A DNA stretch of 64,000 nucleotides, taken from positions 19,432-83,431 of the forward strand of contig JBJDZD010000141.1 in assembly GCA_051867815.1 (NCBI GenBank). The letters run 5' to 3'. The DNA comes from Eubacteriales bacterium. GTDB taxonomy: Bacteria; Bacillota; Clostridia; Oscillospirales; CAG-272. The translations under genes and the position numbers were made by a program. The notes under the pieces were generated by a model, which was given only the letters and a program-made list of their open reading frames with translations, was not told the origin of the DNA and ran no database searches. The stretch's first letter is position 1, and each line of letters begins with the position of its first letter. Shown here piece by piece: positions 37,137 to 47,600 of the stretch.

Positions 37137-40100
37137 ATGGCAACGAAAATCAAAAGAGCGGTTGCTCTATGCCTCGCGATCATGACTTTCTGCTCGACCT
37201 TCCTCGTATCGGCTGCGGCAAACGATGCGACGTCAAGCTCGGTAACGCAGGATGCCATTGCTTCGGCAAAGGAACTGCTCGGCACGATTTCTTATTCCGA
37301 ATACGCTAAGCAGTATGCGGATATCGAGAACGGAACCGCAGAGATCGTTATAAGCGGTCTTGACTACATCGCGGATCAGACCGATGCGGATGTGTCGATT
37401 GAAACTTACGACGGTATTGAGGCCCTCAAAACTTCCGATACGGGCGTTGTTACCTACAAGGTAACCATTCCCGAAAGCGGCATGTATGCGATCAAGCTTG
37501 ATTATTGGCCCATCGCCGATAAATCGACCGCTGTCCAGAGAATCTTCCGTATTGACGGCAAGGTACCTTTCTCGGAGGCTTATTACATTACGCTTCCCAA
37601 GATCTGGACCACTAACTACGACGAGGCTGACTATTATGAATATGACGGTCAGTGGCGTTGGCATCGCAAGGATATCGACGGCAACGAGATCCGCGGTACG
37701 ATGGAGCAGACACCCGAGTGGTCCAAGTACACCCTGCGCGACGTTCAGGGTTTCTACAAGGATGATTTTGAGTTCTACCTTGAAGCAGGCGAGCACTACA
37801 TCTCTTTCGAGGGTGTTGCCCAGCCCATGGCGATCGAGCAGATCACCATTTACCCCTACGAGGCTCCCATGTCCTACGCGGACTTCATTGCACAGTATGC
37901 AAACGAGCCACAGGGTACTTCGGTAGTCAAGCTTGAGGCTGAGTACCCCAAGTTTACCTCTACCAACACTATCTATCCCGAGGAGGACGCATCCTCTGCG
38001 GTAACCAGTCCCACCAACACAACTGCTTCGATGCTCAATATCATCGGCGGCGACAAGTGGCAGACTGCCGGACAAAGACTTACATACACCTTTACCGTTG
38101 ATTCCAGCGGTATGTATCAGATCGTCCCGAGATACATCCAGAACATCAATGACGGTATGTACTCCTCCCGTACTCTTGAGCTTTACAGCGACAGCACGCT
38201 CAAGCCGGGCGACAAGGGCTATTACAACGGCGTTCCCTTTGACGAGGCCCGCGAGCTTCGTTTCAATTACTCCACCAAATGGTGCGCTGATCCGCTGCGC
38301 TTCGGAACCTCTTCCGGCGACGGTAACAGGATCGACTACACCAACGTTGAGTTTTATTTTGAGGCAGGCGTTGAGTACACCATGGTATTTGAGGTATCCC
38401 TCGGCACCATGGCAAACATCGTTCGCGACGTTAACTCCTCTCTTAACGCGATCAACAATGACTACCTTAATATAATGCGACTCACCGGTGCGGATCCCGA
38501 CCCCTACCGTGATTACTTCTTCGCGAGCGTAATGCCCGACACCATCATCGATCTCTACCGCCAGAAGGGCAACCTTGAAAAGGTCGCAAATGAGCTTGTC
38601 GCTCTTGCGGGCGTCAAGTCATCCAACGTTGCTACTCTTGAAAAGATCTACGTGCTTCTTGAGGACATGGCAAGGGACGAGGATGCTATCGCAAAGAACC
38701 TTGAGCGTCTTAAGTCCTATATCGGTAACCTCGGTACATGGCTCAACGACGCCAAGACTCAGCCCCTCCGTCTTGACTACATTTTGATCCAGGGCGCGGA
38801 CGAGAAGATCCCGAAGGCAGAGGCAAACTTCTTCCAGGCCTTCTGGCATGAGCTTCAGCGCTTCTTCCAGAGCTTCTTCCGCAACTACGACCGCATGGGC
38901 GCAACCGTTGATGCTTCCGAGGTCGAGGGTGCAAACGAGGTTTGGCTCGCATACGGCCGTGACCAAACACAAGTCATCCGCAACCTTATCAACAACGATT
39001 TCACTCCCTCCACGGGTATCACCATAGACCTTAAGCTGGTTGCCGGCGGTACGCTTCTTCCTTCGATCCTTTCGGGTCAGGGACCTGACGTTTACCTCGG
39101 ACTTGGTGACGATAACGTTATCAACTACGCAATCAGAGGCGCGCTGCTTCCCGTTGAGAATATGGAAGGTTTTGCCGATCTCGCTCTTTATTATAAGGTA
39201 GACGAAAACTTCAATACCATCTACGATGAGAACGGCAACCCCGTTAAGAATCCCAACGCACAGTTCAACGAAGCAGCAATGCTCGTTCTCGGCATTGCAG
39301 ACGCTGAGAACAAGATGCATTACTACGGTCTGCCCGAGACTCAGAACTTCCCGATGATGTTCATCCGTACCGATATCCTTGCAGAGCTTGGTATCGACAC
39401 CCTTGACACTTGGGACGACCTTATGGCGGCGGCAACCACCCTCGCCGAGAACAACATGACCATCGGTCTTAATAACGATTACAAGATCTTCCTTTACCAG
39501 ATGGGCGGAACACTTTTCGCCGATGACGGTATGAGAATCAATCTTGATTCCAACGTAGCTCTTGACTCATTTGAGACCATGTGTAACATGTTCACGCAGT
39601 ACTCCTTCCCCTACAAGTACGACTTCGTTAACCGTTTCAGAACGGGTGAGATGCCCATCGGTATCGCAAGCTATAACGGAACATACAACCACCTCGTTGT
39701 ATTTGCAACCGAGCTTCGCGGTATGTGGGAATTCGTTCCGTTGCCCGGTTATTATCAGAAGAATGCAAACGGCGAGCAGGTTCTCAACAACGTATCCGTT
39801 TCTTCCGTTTCCTCCGTTGTAATGATCAACGGCTGTGAGGACAAGGAAGATGCATGGGAATTCATGACCTGGTACACCAGCGACAACACTCAGGTAAGCT
39901 ACTCCAACGAAATGGTTGCAATCCTCGGTGACTCCGCTAAGCATCCTACCGCAAACATGACCGCCCTTGAGACCATGCCTTGGACGAACAAGGAATACAA
40001 GAACCTCTGGGGTCAGTTTGAAAACCTTGCATCCATCCCCAACTATCCCGGTGCATATATCATCGGCCGTTACACCAAGTTTGCATTCCTTTCAGCATAC

Positions 40101-40565
40101 AACGACAATGCAGACCCCGTATCGGAACTCCTTTCGTACATCACTACTATTAATAAGGAAATAAACCGTAAGCGCGAAGAATTCGGACTTGAGACCCTTG
40201 AGGTCGGACAGACGTTGGCCTCCAAGCGACGCGACTGGATCCTCGGCCGTACCGAGACCGGAGACATTCTTGAGGATGCAAACGGCAATAAGTACGGTAT
40301 TGAGGCACTTTCGGACTCTGCTAAGAATACTTATGCAAATGAGATCAAGGTAGTCACCGATGCTCTCGCCGCTGTTCCAAGCTTCAACAGCTACTGCGCA
40401 GACGAATACATCGAAGCTCTCCGCAATGCGGGCAACGCCCTCAAGGCTGCCACCGCATCTGCTTCCGGTGACGATAAGGAAGTATTCGACAATATCTGCG
40501 AATACATCACGGTTTGCGCTGATTCGCTCAAGAAGTACCAGGCATCCTATCCTGAGCAGAAATAA
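37137..40565 (+). CDS. Giant extracellular ABC solute-binding protein: signal peptide + two duplicated beta-sandwich (CBM-like) modules + helical linker + family-1 SBP domain
   Basis: An AGGAGGA RBS precedes ATG 37137, and the signal peptide is MATKIKRAVALCLAIMTFCSTFLVSAAA. Duplicated motifs are ESGMYAIKLDY / SSGMYQIVPRY and EFYLEAGEHYISF / EFYFEAGVEYTMVF. The C-terminal ~550 aa read as a sugar SBP (VWLAYGRDQTQVIRNLINNDFTPSTGITIDLKLV...GQGPDVYLG). Confidence 0.7.
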   Translation: MATKIKRAVALCLAIMTFCSTFLVSAAANDATSSSVTQDAIASAKELLGTISYSEYAKQYADIENGTAEIVISGLDYIADQTDADVSIETYDGIEALKTSDTGVVTYKVTIPESGMYAIKLDYWPIADKSTAVQRIFRIDGKVPFSEAYYITLPKIWTTNYDEADYYEYDGQWRWHRKDIDGNEIRGTMEQTPEWSKYTLRDVQGFYKDDFEFYLEAGEHYISFEGVAQPMAIEQITIYPYEAPMSYADFIAQYANEPQGTSVVKLEAEYPKFTSTNTIYPEEDASSAVTSPTNTTASMLNIIGGDKWQTAGQRLTYTFTVDSSGMYQIVPRYIQNINDGMYSSRTLELYSDSTLKPGDKGYYNGVPFDEARELRFNYSTKWCADPLRFGTSSGDGNRIDYTNVEFYFEAGVEYTMVFEVSLGTMANIVRDVNSSLNAINNDYLNIMRLTGADPDPYRDYFFASVMPDTIIDLYRQKGNLEKVANELVALAGVKSSNVATLEKIYVLLEDMARDEDAIAKNLERLKSYIGNLGTWLNDAKTQPLRLDYILIQGADEKIPKAEANFFQAFWHELQRFFQSFFRNYDRMGATVDASEVEGANEVWLAYGRDQTQVIRNLINNDFTPSTGITIDLKLVAGGTLLPSILSGQGPDVYLGLGDDNVINYAIRGALLPVENMEGFADLALYYKVDENFNTIYDENGNPVKNPNAQFNEAAMLVLGIADAENKMHYYGLPETQNFPMMFIRTDILAELGIDTLDTWDDLMAAATTLAENNMTIGLNNDYKIFLYQMGGTLFADDGMRINLDSNVALDSFETMCNMFTQYSFPYKYDFVNRFRTGEMPIGIASYNGTYNHLVVFATELRGMWEFVPLPGYYQKNANGEQVLNNVSVSSVSSVVMINGCEDKEDAWEFMTWYTSDNTQVSYSNEMVAILGDSAKHPTANMTALETMPWTNKEYKNLWGQFENLASIPNYPGAYIIGRYTKFAFLSAYNDNADPVSELLSYITTINKEINRKREEFGLETLEVGQTLASKRRDWILGRTETGDILEDANGNKYGIEALSDSAKNTYANEIKVVTDALAAVPSFNSYCADEYIEALRNAGNALKAATASASGDDKEVFDNICEYITVCADSLKKYQASYPEQK

Positions 40566-40605
40566 TTAACGGTTAGTCCGAAATAACAATAAGGAGAAAA
40601 AGTTC

Positions 40606-41553
40606 ATGTCACAGAAAACAGCAACAAAAAAGGCTGTTGCCAGAAAAGATATGACGCGGCTTCAGTGGACATGGAAAGAGATGAAGCGCAACTGGGTTGC
40701 ATACGTTATGATCGCGCCCTTCGTGCTTGTATTTACCCTCTTTACTGTCGCGCCCGTTTTGGTATCCATCTTCATGAGTTTCACAGACTTCAACATGATC
40801 GAGGTGCCCAATTTCCTCTTCCTGGATAACTACATCCGCCTTTTCCTTGATGACGATATATTCCTTATCGCCGTTAAAAACACATTCATTTTCGCGGTCA
40901 TCGTAGGTCCCGTATCTTACATGATGTCACTCATGGTTGCATGGTTCATCAACGAGCTGGGTCCTAAGATTCGTGCGATCGTTACACTTATTTTCTACGC
41001 TCCTTCCATTGCGGGTCAGGTTTATCTTATTTGGGGTACGCTTTTCTCGGGCGACTCCTACGGTTGGGTAAACGCAACTCTGCTTAATCTCGGACTGATC
41101 AACAAAGAGATTCAGTTCTTCGAGAACGCCGACTACGTTATGCCGCTGTGTATCGTGGTCGCCCTCTGGACATCCCTTGGTACGTCCTTCCTTTCCTTCA
41201 TTGCAGGTCTTCAGGGTATTGACCGCTCCATGTACGAGGCAGGTGCCGTTGACGGTATTCCCACCCGTTGGCATGAGCTTTGGTACATCACCCTTCCTTC
41301 GATGAAGCCCCAGCTGATGTTCGGTGCAATCATGGCGATCACCAGCTCCTTCGGCTTCGGCGGCGTCGTTGATGCGCTCTGCGGCAACCCCTCGGTTGAC
41401 TATTGTGCGTGGACGATAATGCATCACCTGAATGACTATCTCGGTGCCCGTTTCGAGGTCGGATACGGTTCCGCGATAGCAGTCGTGCTCTTTGCGATCA
41501 TGATCGGTGCGAACATGCTCGTTAAGAAATTGCTCTCAAAGGTAGGTCAGTAA
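40606..41553 (+). CDS. ABC sugar transporter permease (MalF/CUT1 type)
   Basis: It has six TM helices and the EAA loop FIAGLQGIDRSMYEAGAVDGIPTRWHELWYITLPSMKP. Confidence 0.85.
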   Translation: MSQKTATKKAVARKDMTRLQWTWKEMKRNWVAYVMIAPFVLVFTLFTVAPVLVSIFMSFTDFNMIEVPNFLFLDNYIRLFLDDDIFLIAVKNTFIFAVIVGPVSYMMSLMVAWFINELGPKIRAIVTLIFYAPSIAGQVYLIWGTLFSGDSYGWVNATLLNLGLINKEIQFFENADYVMPLCIVVALWTSLGTSFLSFIAGLQGIDRSMYEAGAVDGIPTRWHELWYITLPSMKPQLMFGAIMAITSSFGFGGVVDALCGNPSVDYCAWTIMHHLNDYLGARFEVGYGSAIAVVLFAIMIGANMLVKKLLSKVGQ

Positions 41554-41554
41554 G

Positions 41555-42427
41555 ATGGCAAGATTAAGAACAAGAAAGCATAAGGTCGTTCTTAACCGCT
41601 CTGTCGGTGGTGACCTCGGCATAAACATTATGCTCATTATTCTCGGAGCATTCATGTTCCTCCCCATGCTCTATGTTGTCATGCAGTCGCTCAAGCCTCT
41701 TGACGAGCTGTGGATGTTCCCTCCGAGATTCATCGTTATGAACCCCACGTTTAATAACTTCTCCGACCTGTTCGTTCTTATGAACATCTCGTGGGTTCCT
41801 TTCTCCCGTTACATATTCAATACGGTTCTCGTATCCGTAGCGGGTACGGCCGGCAACCTCCTCTTTGCTTCGATGTGTGCATACTGCCTGGCAAAGATCA
41901 AGTTCCCCGGACACAAGTGGATATTCAAGACCATCCGTACGTCGCTGATGTTCCACGAGACGGTTACCGCAGTAACCCGTTTCACCATCATGAGCGTGCT
42001 CTTGATGATCGATACACCTCTTGCGCTCATCATCCCGGCATGGGGCTCCACTCTCGGTCTTTACCTCATGAAGCAGTTCATGGAGACCAACGTAAACGAC
42101 TCCGTCCTCGAATCCTCGAGACTTGACGGCGCAAGTGAATGGAGAACTTTCTGGGTCATTGCGATGCCCATGGTTAAGCCTGCATGGCTGACGCTTATCA
42201 TCTATTGCTTCCAGGGTCTGTGGAATCAGGGTTCCTCGATCTACATTCACTCCGAGCAGTACAAGTCCTTCAACTATGCAATCCAGCAGATCACCGCAGG
42301 CGGTATCAAGCGTGCCGGCGCGAGTGCTGCCGCAAACGTAATCATGATGTCGGTACCGATCCTGGTATTCGTCATCTCTCAGTCGAACATCATTGAAACG
42401 ATGGGTTCGTCCGGTATGAAAGACTAA
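41555..42427 (+). CDS. ABC sugar transporter permease (MalG/CUT1 type)
   Basis: The EAA loop is VLESSRLDGASEWRTFWVIAMPMVKPAW. It starts 1 nt after the preceding stop. Confidence 0.85.
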   Translation: MARLRTRKHKVVLNRSVGGDLGINIMLIILGAFMFLPMLYVVMQSLKPLDELWMFPPRFIVMNPTFNNFSDLFVLMNISWVPFSRYIFNTVLVSVAGTAGNLLFASMCAYCLAKIKFPGHKWIFKTIRTSLMFHETVTAVTRFTIMSVLLMIDTPLALIIPAWGSTLGLYLMKQFMETNVNDSVLESSRLDGASEWRTFWVIAMPMVKPAWLTLIIYCFQGLWNQGSSIYIHSEQYKSFNYAIQQITAGGIKRAGASAAANVIMMSVPILVFVISQSNIIETMGSSGMKD

Positions 42428-42437
42428 GGAGGCAGTT

Positions 42438-44603
42438 ATGAAGAAATTTATCAGCATATTTGCTCTCCTGTTTGCTCTGATGATGGTTTTCGCACTCCCT
42501 GCAGGGGCGGCAAAAACTTATCAGACCTACACATACTCCATGGGCGGTTTTGCGCTTCATTCACCGGATGCCTACACTCCCGAAGGCACCCACAACTGGG
42601 TCGACATGGGACTTGAGAAGGAGCTTGACTCCCCTCACGACGTTGTAGTTGACAAGAATGATAACATTTACATCGCGGATACGGGCAATAGCCGTGTCGT
42701 TGTTCTCAACCGCTACTTTAAGGTTCAGTTTGAAATCAGTGAATTCGTAAACGATCAGGGTATTGCCGACAAGCTCAATAAGCCCCAGGGCGTTTTCGTA
42801 ACCGCCGATAAGGTTACCCCTTTGGGCGTAGAGGAGGGAATCATCTACGTTTGCGATACCGATCAGAACCGTATCGTAACGTTTGATAAGCAAGGCAATT
42901 TCATTAAGATAATTCCCCAGCCCAAGAGCAGTCTCTTTGACGACAATGCCGTTTACAAGCCCATTGCGATAGCGGTTGATGACTACAACAGATTGTACGT
43001 TGTATCATCGACCACCTATCAGGGTATCATCGTCATGAACGACGACGGCACCTTCATCCGTTTCGTCGGTGCGCAGAAGGTGTCCATCTCCACTTGGGAT
43101 AAGATCTGGAGAATGTTCCAGACCGACGAGCAGAGAGATCGTACCGAATCCGTTATCTCTTCCGAGTTCAACAACATCACCATCGACGACAAGGGCTTCA
43201 TCTACATAACCACATCCACCATAAACGAAAAGGATGTAGCGAATGCGATAAAGAAGAAGTCAAAGTCCGGTGACTATGCACCCGTCAAGATGCTCAACCA
43301 GTCCGGTGACGAGGTCATGGCGCGTAACGGTTTCTGGCCACCTTCCGGTGAGATAGACCTTTCGGGACGTGCTTCCGAGGGCGCTACCACGGGCGTTTCC
43401 GAGATCATCGACGTAGCAATCGGCCCGGAGAATACTTGGTCCATCATTGACGCAAAGCGTCAGAAGATATTCACCTACGACGACAACGGAAATCTGCTGT
43501 TTGCCTTCGGCGACAAGGGTTCTCAGCTCGGTAACCTCAAGAACATTGAAGGTATTACCTACATGAGCGACGGCAGAATGCTCGTCCTCGACAAGACGGA
43601 CGACAACATCACCGTTTTCTCCCGTACCGAGTACGGTGACATACTGATTCGCGCAATTGAGCACCAGAATGACCGTAAGTACGACCTTGCCAAAGAAGAC
43701 TGGGAAGAGATCCTCAAGAGAAACTCCAATTTCGACGCTGCCTACATCGGTATCGGCGATGCACTTTACCGCAACGGTCAGTACAGCGAGGCGCTTCCTT
43801 ATTACGAAGCCGCGTATGATACTCAGGGCTGGTCCGACTCCTACAAGGAGATCAGAAAAGAGTGGATCGCAAAGTACGTTCTTCTCATTCCGCTCTTTAT
43901 CATAGTAGTCGTAGTTCTCGTCTCCCTCTTCTTCAAGAAGGCCGCAAAGGTCAATAAGAGGGCAGCAACCGCAGGCGGAAAGAGAACCTTCGGCGAGGAG
44001 ATGCTCTTCGCATTCCATCTTATTTTCCACCCCTTCGACGGTTTCTGGGATCTCAAGCATGAAAAGAGAGGCTCTGTCCGAGCAGCCATTGTATACGTTT
44101 TACTTACCATACTCGCATTCTTCTATCAGGCTATCGGCTCCGGTTACCTCGTAAATCCCCACGGCTCATACACCACCATCTTCACGCAGGCACTCAGCGT
44201 TCTTGTACCGCTGTTCCTGTGGATAGTTGCGAACTGGTGTCTTACGACTTTGTTTGACGGTGAAGGAAGCTTCAAGGATATCTTCGTTGCATGCGGATAT
44301 TCGCTTCTCCCCCTCATTCTGACAGTCATTCCCACCACAATCTTTACCAACGTTGCTCTTAAGGAAGAGCTTGATATCACCAACCTTATCGTCACCTTCG
44401 GCTTTACCTGGTCAATACTTCTGATATTCGTCGGCATGCAGGTGACACACGATTATACCCTGTTCAAGAACGTTATTACCACACTCGGCACAATTGTTGC
44501 AATGATATTCATAATGTTTGTAGCGATCCTCTTTACAACTCTCGTAGGCAAGATGGTAAGCTTCATCACCAACATCGTTGTCGAGATCAGCTACCGAATG
44601 TAA
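42438..44603 (+). CDS. Signal peptide + six-bladed NHL-type beta-propeller + TPR-like segment + TM + C-terminal Yip1-like multi-pass membrane domain
   Basis: NHL-like blades include DKNDNIYIADTGNSRVVVLN, IIYVCDTDQNRIVTFDKQGNF, NRLYVVSSTTYQGIIVMNDDGTF, SIIDAKRQKIFTYDDNGNLLFAFG and MLVLDKTDDNITVF. The TPR-like stretch is AAYIGIGDALYRNGQYSEALPYYEAAY. Then come a TM helix and five further hydrophobic helices beginning LFAFHLIFHPFDGFWDLK, which I read as Yip1-like from memory. Confidence 0.6.
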   Translation: MKKFISIFALLFALMMVFALPAGAAKTYQTYTYSMGGFALHSPDAYTPEGTHNWVDMGLEKELDSPHDVVVDKNDNIYIADTGNSRVVVLNRYFKVQFEISEFVNDQGIADKLNKPQGVFVTADKVTPLGVEEGIIYVCDTDQNRIVTFDKQGNFIKIIPQPKSSLFDDNAVYKPIAIAVDDYNRLYVVSSTTYQGIIVMNDDGTFIRFVGAQKVSISTWDKIWRMFQTDEQRDRTESVISSEFNNITIDDKGFIYITTSTINEKDVANAIKKKSKSGDYAPVKMLNQSGDEVMARNGFWPPSGEIDLSGRASEGATTGVSEIIDVAIGPENTWSIIDAKRQKIFTYDDNGNLLFAFGDKGSQLGNLKNIEGITYMSDGRMLVLDKTDDNITVFSRTEYGDILIRAIEHQNDRKYDLAKEDWEEILKRNSNFDAAYIGIGDALYRNGQYSEALPYYEAAYDTQGWSDSYKEIRKEWIAKYVLLIPLFIIVVVVLVSLFFKKAAKVNKRAATAGGKRTFGEEMLFAFHLIFHPFDGFWDLKHEKRGSVRAAIVYVLLTILAFFYQAIGSGYLVNPHGSYTTIFTQALSVLVPLFLWIVANWCLTTLFDGEGSFKDIFVACGYSLLPLILTVIPTTIFTNVALKEELDITNLIVTFGFTWSILLIFVGMQVTHDYTLFKNVITTLGTIVAMIFIMFVAILFTTLVGKMVSFITNIVVEISYRM

Positions 44604-44628
44604 AATGACAGGGAAGGAGAATACAATA

Positions 44629-47600
44629 ATGAAAAGAATATTGGCATTACTTTTAACTGTCATAACGATGTTCGGAACATTTGCCGTTAATATCAGCGCA
44701 GCGGCCGTTCCCGATATCCTTGAAAAGGATAAGGACGGCAAGGATATTCCCGGCGAGGTCGACTGGACGTCCACTCTCAAGCAGTATCTGACTCTGGAAT
44801 TCAAGACAGAGCAGGAAAAGCTTGAGTCGATGACCATGATGTATGAAAAGGACGGTTATCAGCTTTGGATCGATGACTATACAGGCGAGGTTGCCACAGT
44901 CAACGTTGCAAGCGGTCAGATACTGTTCTCAAACCCCTACGATATCGGTTCGACTTCATCAAGTGACTCGATCAAAGCAGAGTTGTTTTCCCAGATCGTA
45001 GTCAAATACACGGATAACGACACCGAAAAGTACATGCACAGCTTCACAGAGGCTGCATCTCGCGGACAGATCAATTTTAAGTATATCAAGAACGGTATCC
45101 GCGTAGAGTACAGTATCGGTCGTGAAGAGACGAGAATGCTCGTTCCCCGTCAGATCGAAAGATCGAGATTTGAGGACTTCATTCTCCAGCCCTTCGCAGA
45201 CGAGATCAACAAGATCTCCGAAGAAAACGGCTGCATAGTGCTTGACTGGAGAGAATATCTCCCCATGGCTAAGCGTAACAACATGATCAAGGATTCCTCT
45301 CCCACCGGCCAGCCAAAGGACGGTAACAACGAATGGTTCAAGTTCGTTAAGCTCCTTGCGTTCTATTCCCAGAAGTTCCTCGGTGAATGTGAAACGGAGA
45401 AGGAAAGAAGATCAATGCTTGCCCTTTATCCCATCACCAAGAAGATGGATATTTACGTATGTACTCCCGATATAAGCCGTAACGAGCTTATCACCATTGA
45501 GGGCTACCTCAAGACATACGTTCCCACCTACACCTTCGAACAGCTTGAAGCTGACCATTTGATGACCGAGTATGAGGGTCAGGATAAGTCACCTCCTCTC
45601 TTCAAGATGGCTCTTGAGTACACTCTTGACGAGATGGGCATGACTGTAAGACTTCCCGCAAACGGCTTGCGTTTTGACGAGTCGCTCTATCAGCTCACCT
45701 ACGTAAGCATCCTTCCCTATATGGGCGCAGGTGCAAACTACCTCCTCGGAGACAAGGATGAGGAGTTTACAGGCTACAACTTCTTCCCGGACGGCTCCGG
45801 TACTCTCTTCCGTCACGAGGAACTGAACGGCAAGGCTAACACCGTCGTGAACGGTAAGGTCTACGGCCAGGACTTCGCATACAATACCATCGTCGGCGCT
45901 AACCAGCAGGTTATCCGTTATCCCGTATTCGGTATCGTTTCCAATACTCACCGCACCGAGTCGGTTAAGGTCGAGAAGCGTGTCACCGAGGAAGTCACGG
46001 ACGCCAACGGCAACGTCATTATCATTGATAAGGACGGAAGTATCGTCAACGAACACAAGTACGAAGAGGGAATGGTTGACATTGAAGTCACGGAAGACAA
46101 GGGCTTTGTGGCAATCATCGAAGAAGGCGACGCTCTTGCGGAGCTTTCCGACTACCACATGGGTTCATCCGGTAAGTACAACACCATTCAGATGCTGTTC
46201 TACCCCAGACCTAAGGACTCTTATAACCTTGCGAACGCTATCTCGGTCGGTGCAAATGCAACCTGGACCGTCGTTTCCTCCCGTAAGTACGTAGGCAACT
46301 ACAAAATCCGCTATATCATGCTCACCGACGACCAGATCGCCGAGGAGAAGGGCATGGATAAATACTACGAATGCTCTTGGATGGGTATGGCCGAGGCTTA
46401 CCGCGACTACCTCTACAGCAAGGGCGATCTCGAGTCTCTCACCGAAAAGGATGTTCAAGCTGACATCCCCATGTATATCGAGACCTTCGGTACTCTCGAG
46501 ACCCTTGAGAAGATCATGTCCATCCCCGTAAACGTAATGACCTCCTTGACCTCCTTCGAGAATGTCAAGACGATGTACGACGAGCTTTCCGCAGAGGGAG
46601 TATCGAACATCAAGTTCAAGCTCAGGGGCTATGCAAACGGCGGCATGTATTCCTCCGTTCCCTACAAGCTTGAGTGGGAAAAATCCGTCGGCGGCGCGAG
46701 TGGCTTCAAGGATCTCCTTGATTACTCGGCAGAGAAGGGCTTCGAGGTATTCCCCGAGTTCGACTTTGTATATGTCGGCACTACTAAGGCCTTTGACGGT
46801 CTTACCCTCAAGAAGCACATAGTTAAGTCGATCAACGACACCTACATGTCACGCCGTTATTACAGCGCGACCCGTCAGACTCACGTCGGACGCTATGAGC
46901 TTGCGATCTCCGCGGCTTACTATTCGCATTTCTACGATAAGCTCACCTCAAATCTTCTTAAATATTATGAAGATACGGATGCTCTCAAAGCGATTTCCGT
47001 AAGCACTCTCGGTACGGACCTCAACTCCGACTTCGACGAGGATGAGCCTTACAACCGCGAGGACAACAAAAAGTACACGATGAATATCTTCTCCAAGATG
47101 GATGAGGATTACGATCTCGTTATGACCGAGGGCGCAAATGCTTACACTTGGAAGTACGTAGATTACATCATTAACGTTCCGCTTGACTCAAGCCGTTACA
47201 ACATGTCTTCAAACTCCGTTCCCTTCATCGGCGTTGTCCTTCACGGAAGCGTTCAGTTTGCAGGTACTCCTCTTAACATGGAGGGTAACATCGGTTACAG
47301 CATGCTTAAGGCGATCGAGAACGGCGCAGGTCTTTACTTCATCCTCTGCTATGAAAACTACGAGGAACTGAAGGAAGATCACATACTCAGCGAGTACTAC
47401 TCCGTACGCTACGACATCCTTAAGGATGACGTAGTCAGGTATTACACCATCCTCAACGACCTTACAAAGGACCTCCAGCTCTCCAAGATCGTAGGACATA
47501 AGTTCCTCATCGGCGAGCGCGTTCCCGATCCCGACGAGGTAATTGCGGATGAAGAGGCTCTTAAGAAGGAACAAGAGCTTGCCGAACAGCTTAAGGCAGA

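Noticed and set aside
36875-37309. A 144-aa ORF spanning the operon leader and running into the SBP gene.
   Set aside because: It has no RBS, and its translation is Arg/Gly/Cys-rich with no sense. It overlaps the well-supported SBP start in another frame. The region is better explained as a structured 5' UTR.
44578-44628. The upstream start of the giant protein ORF (track start 44578), which overlaps the end of the Yip1 gene.
   Set aside because: ATG 44629 is preceded by a strong GGAAGGAGA RBS and yields a canonical signal peptide. The extra 17 codons overlap the previous gene and add no sensible N-terminus.
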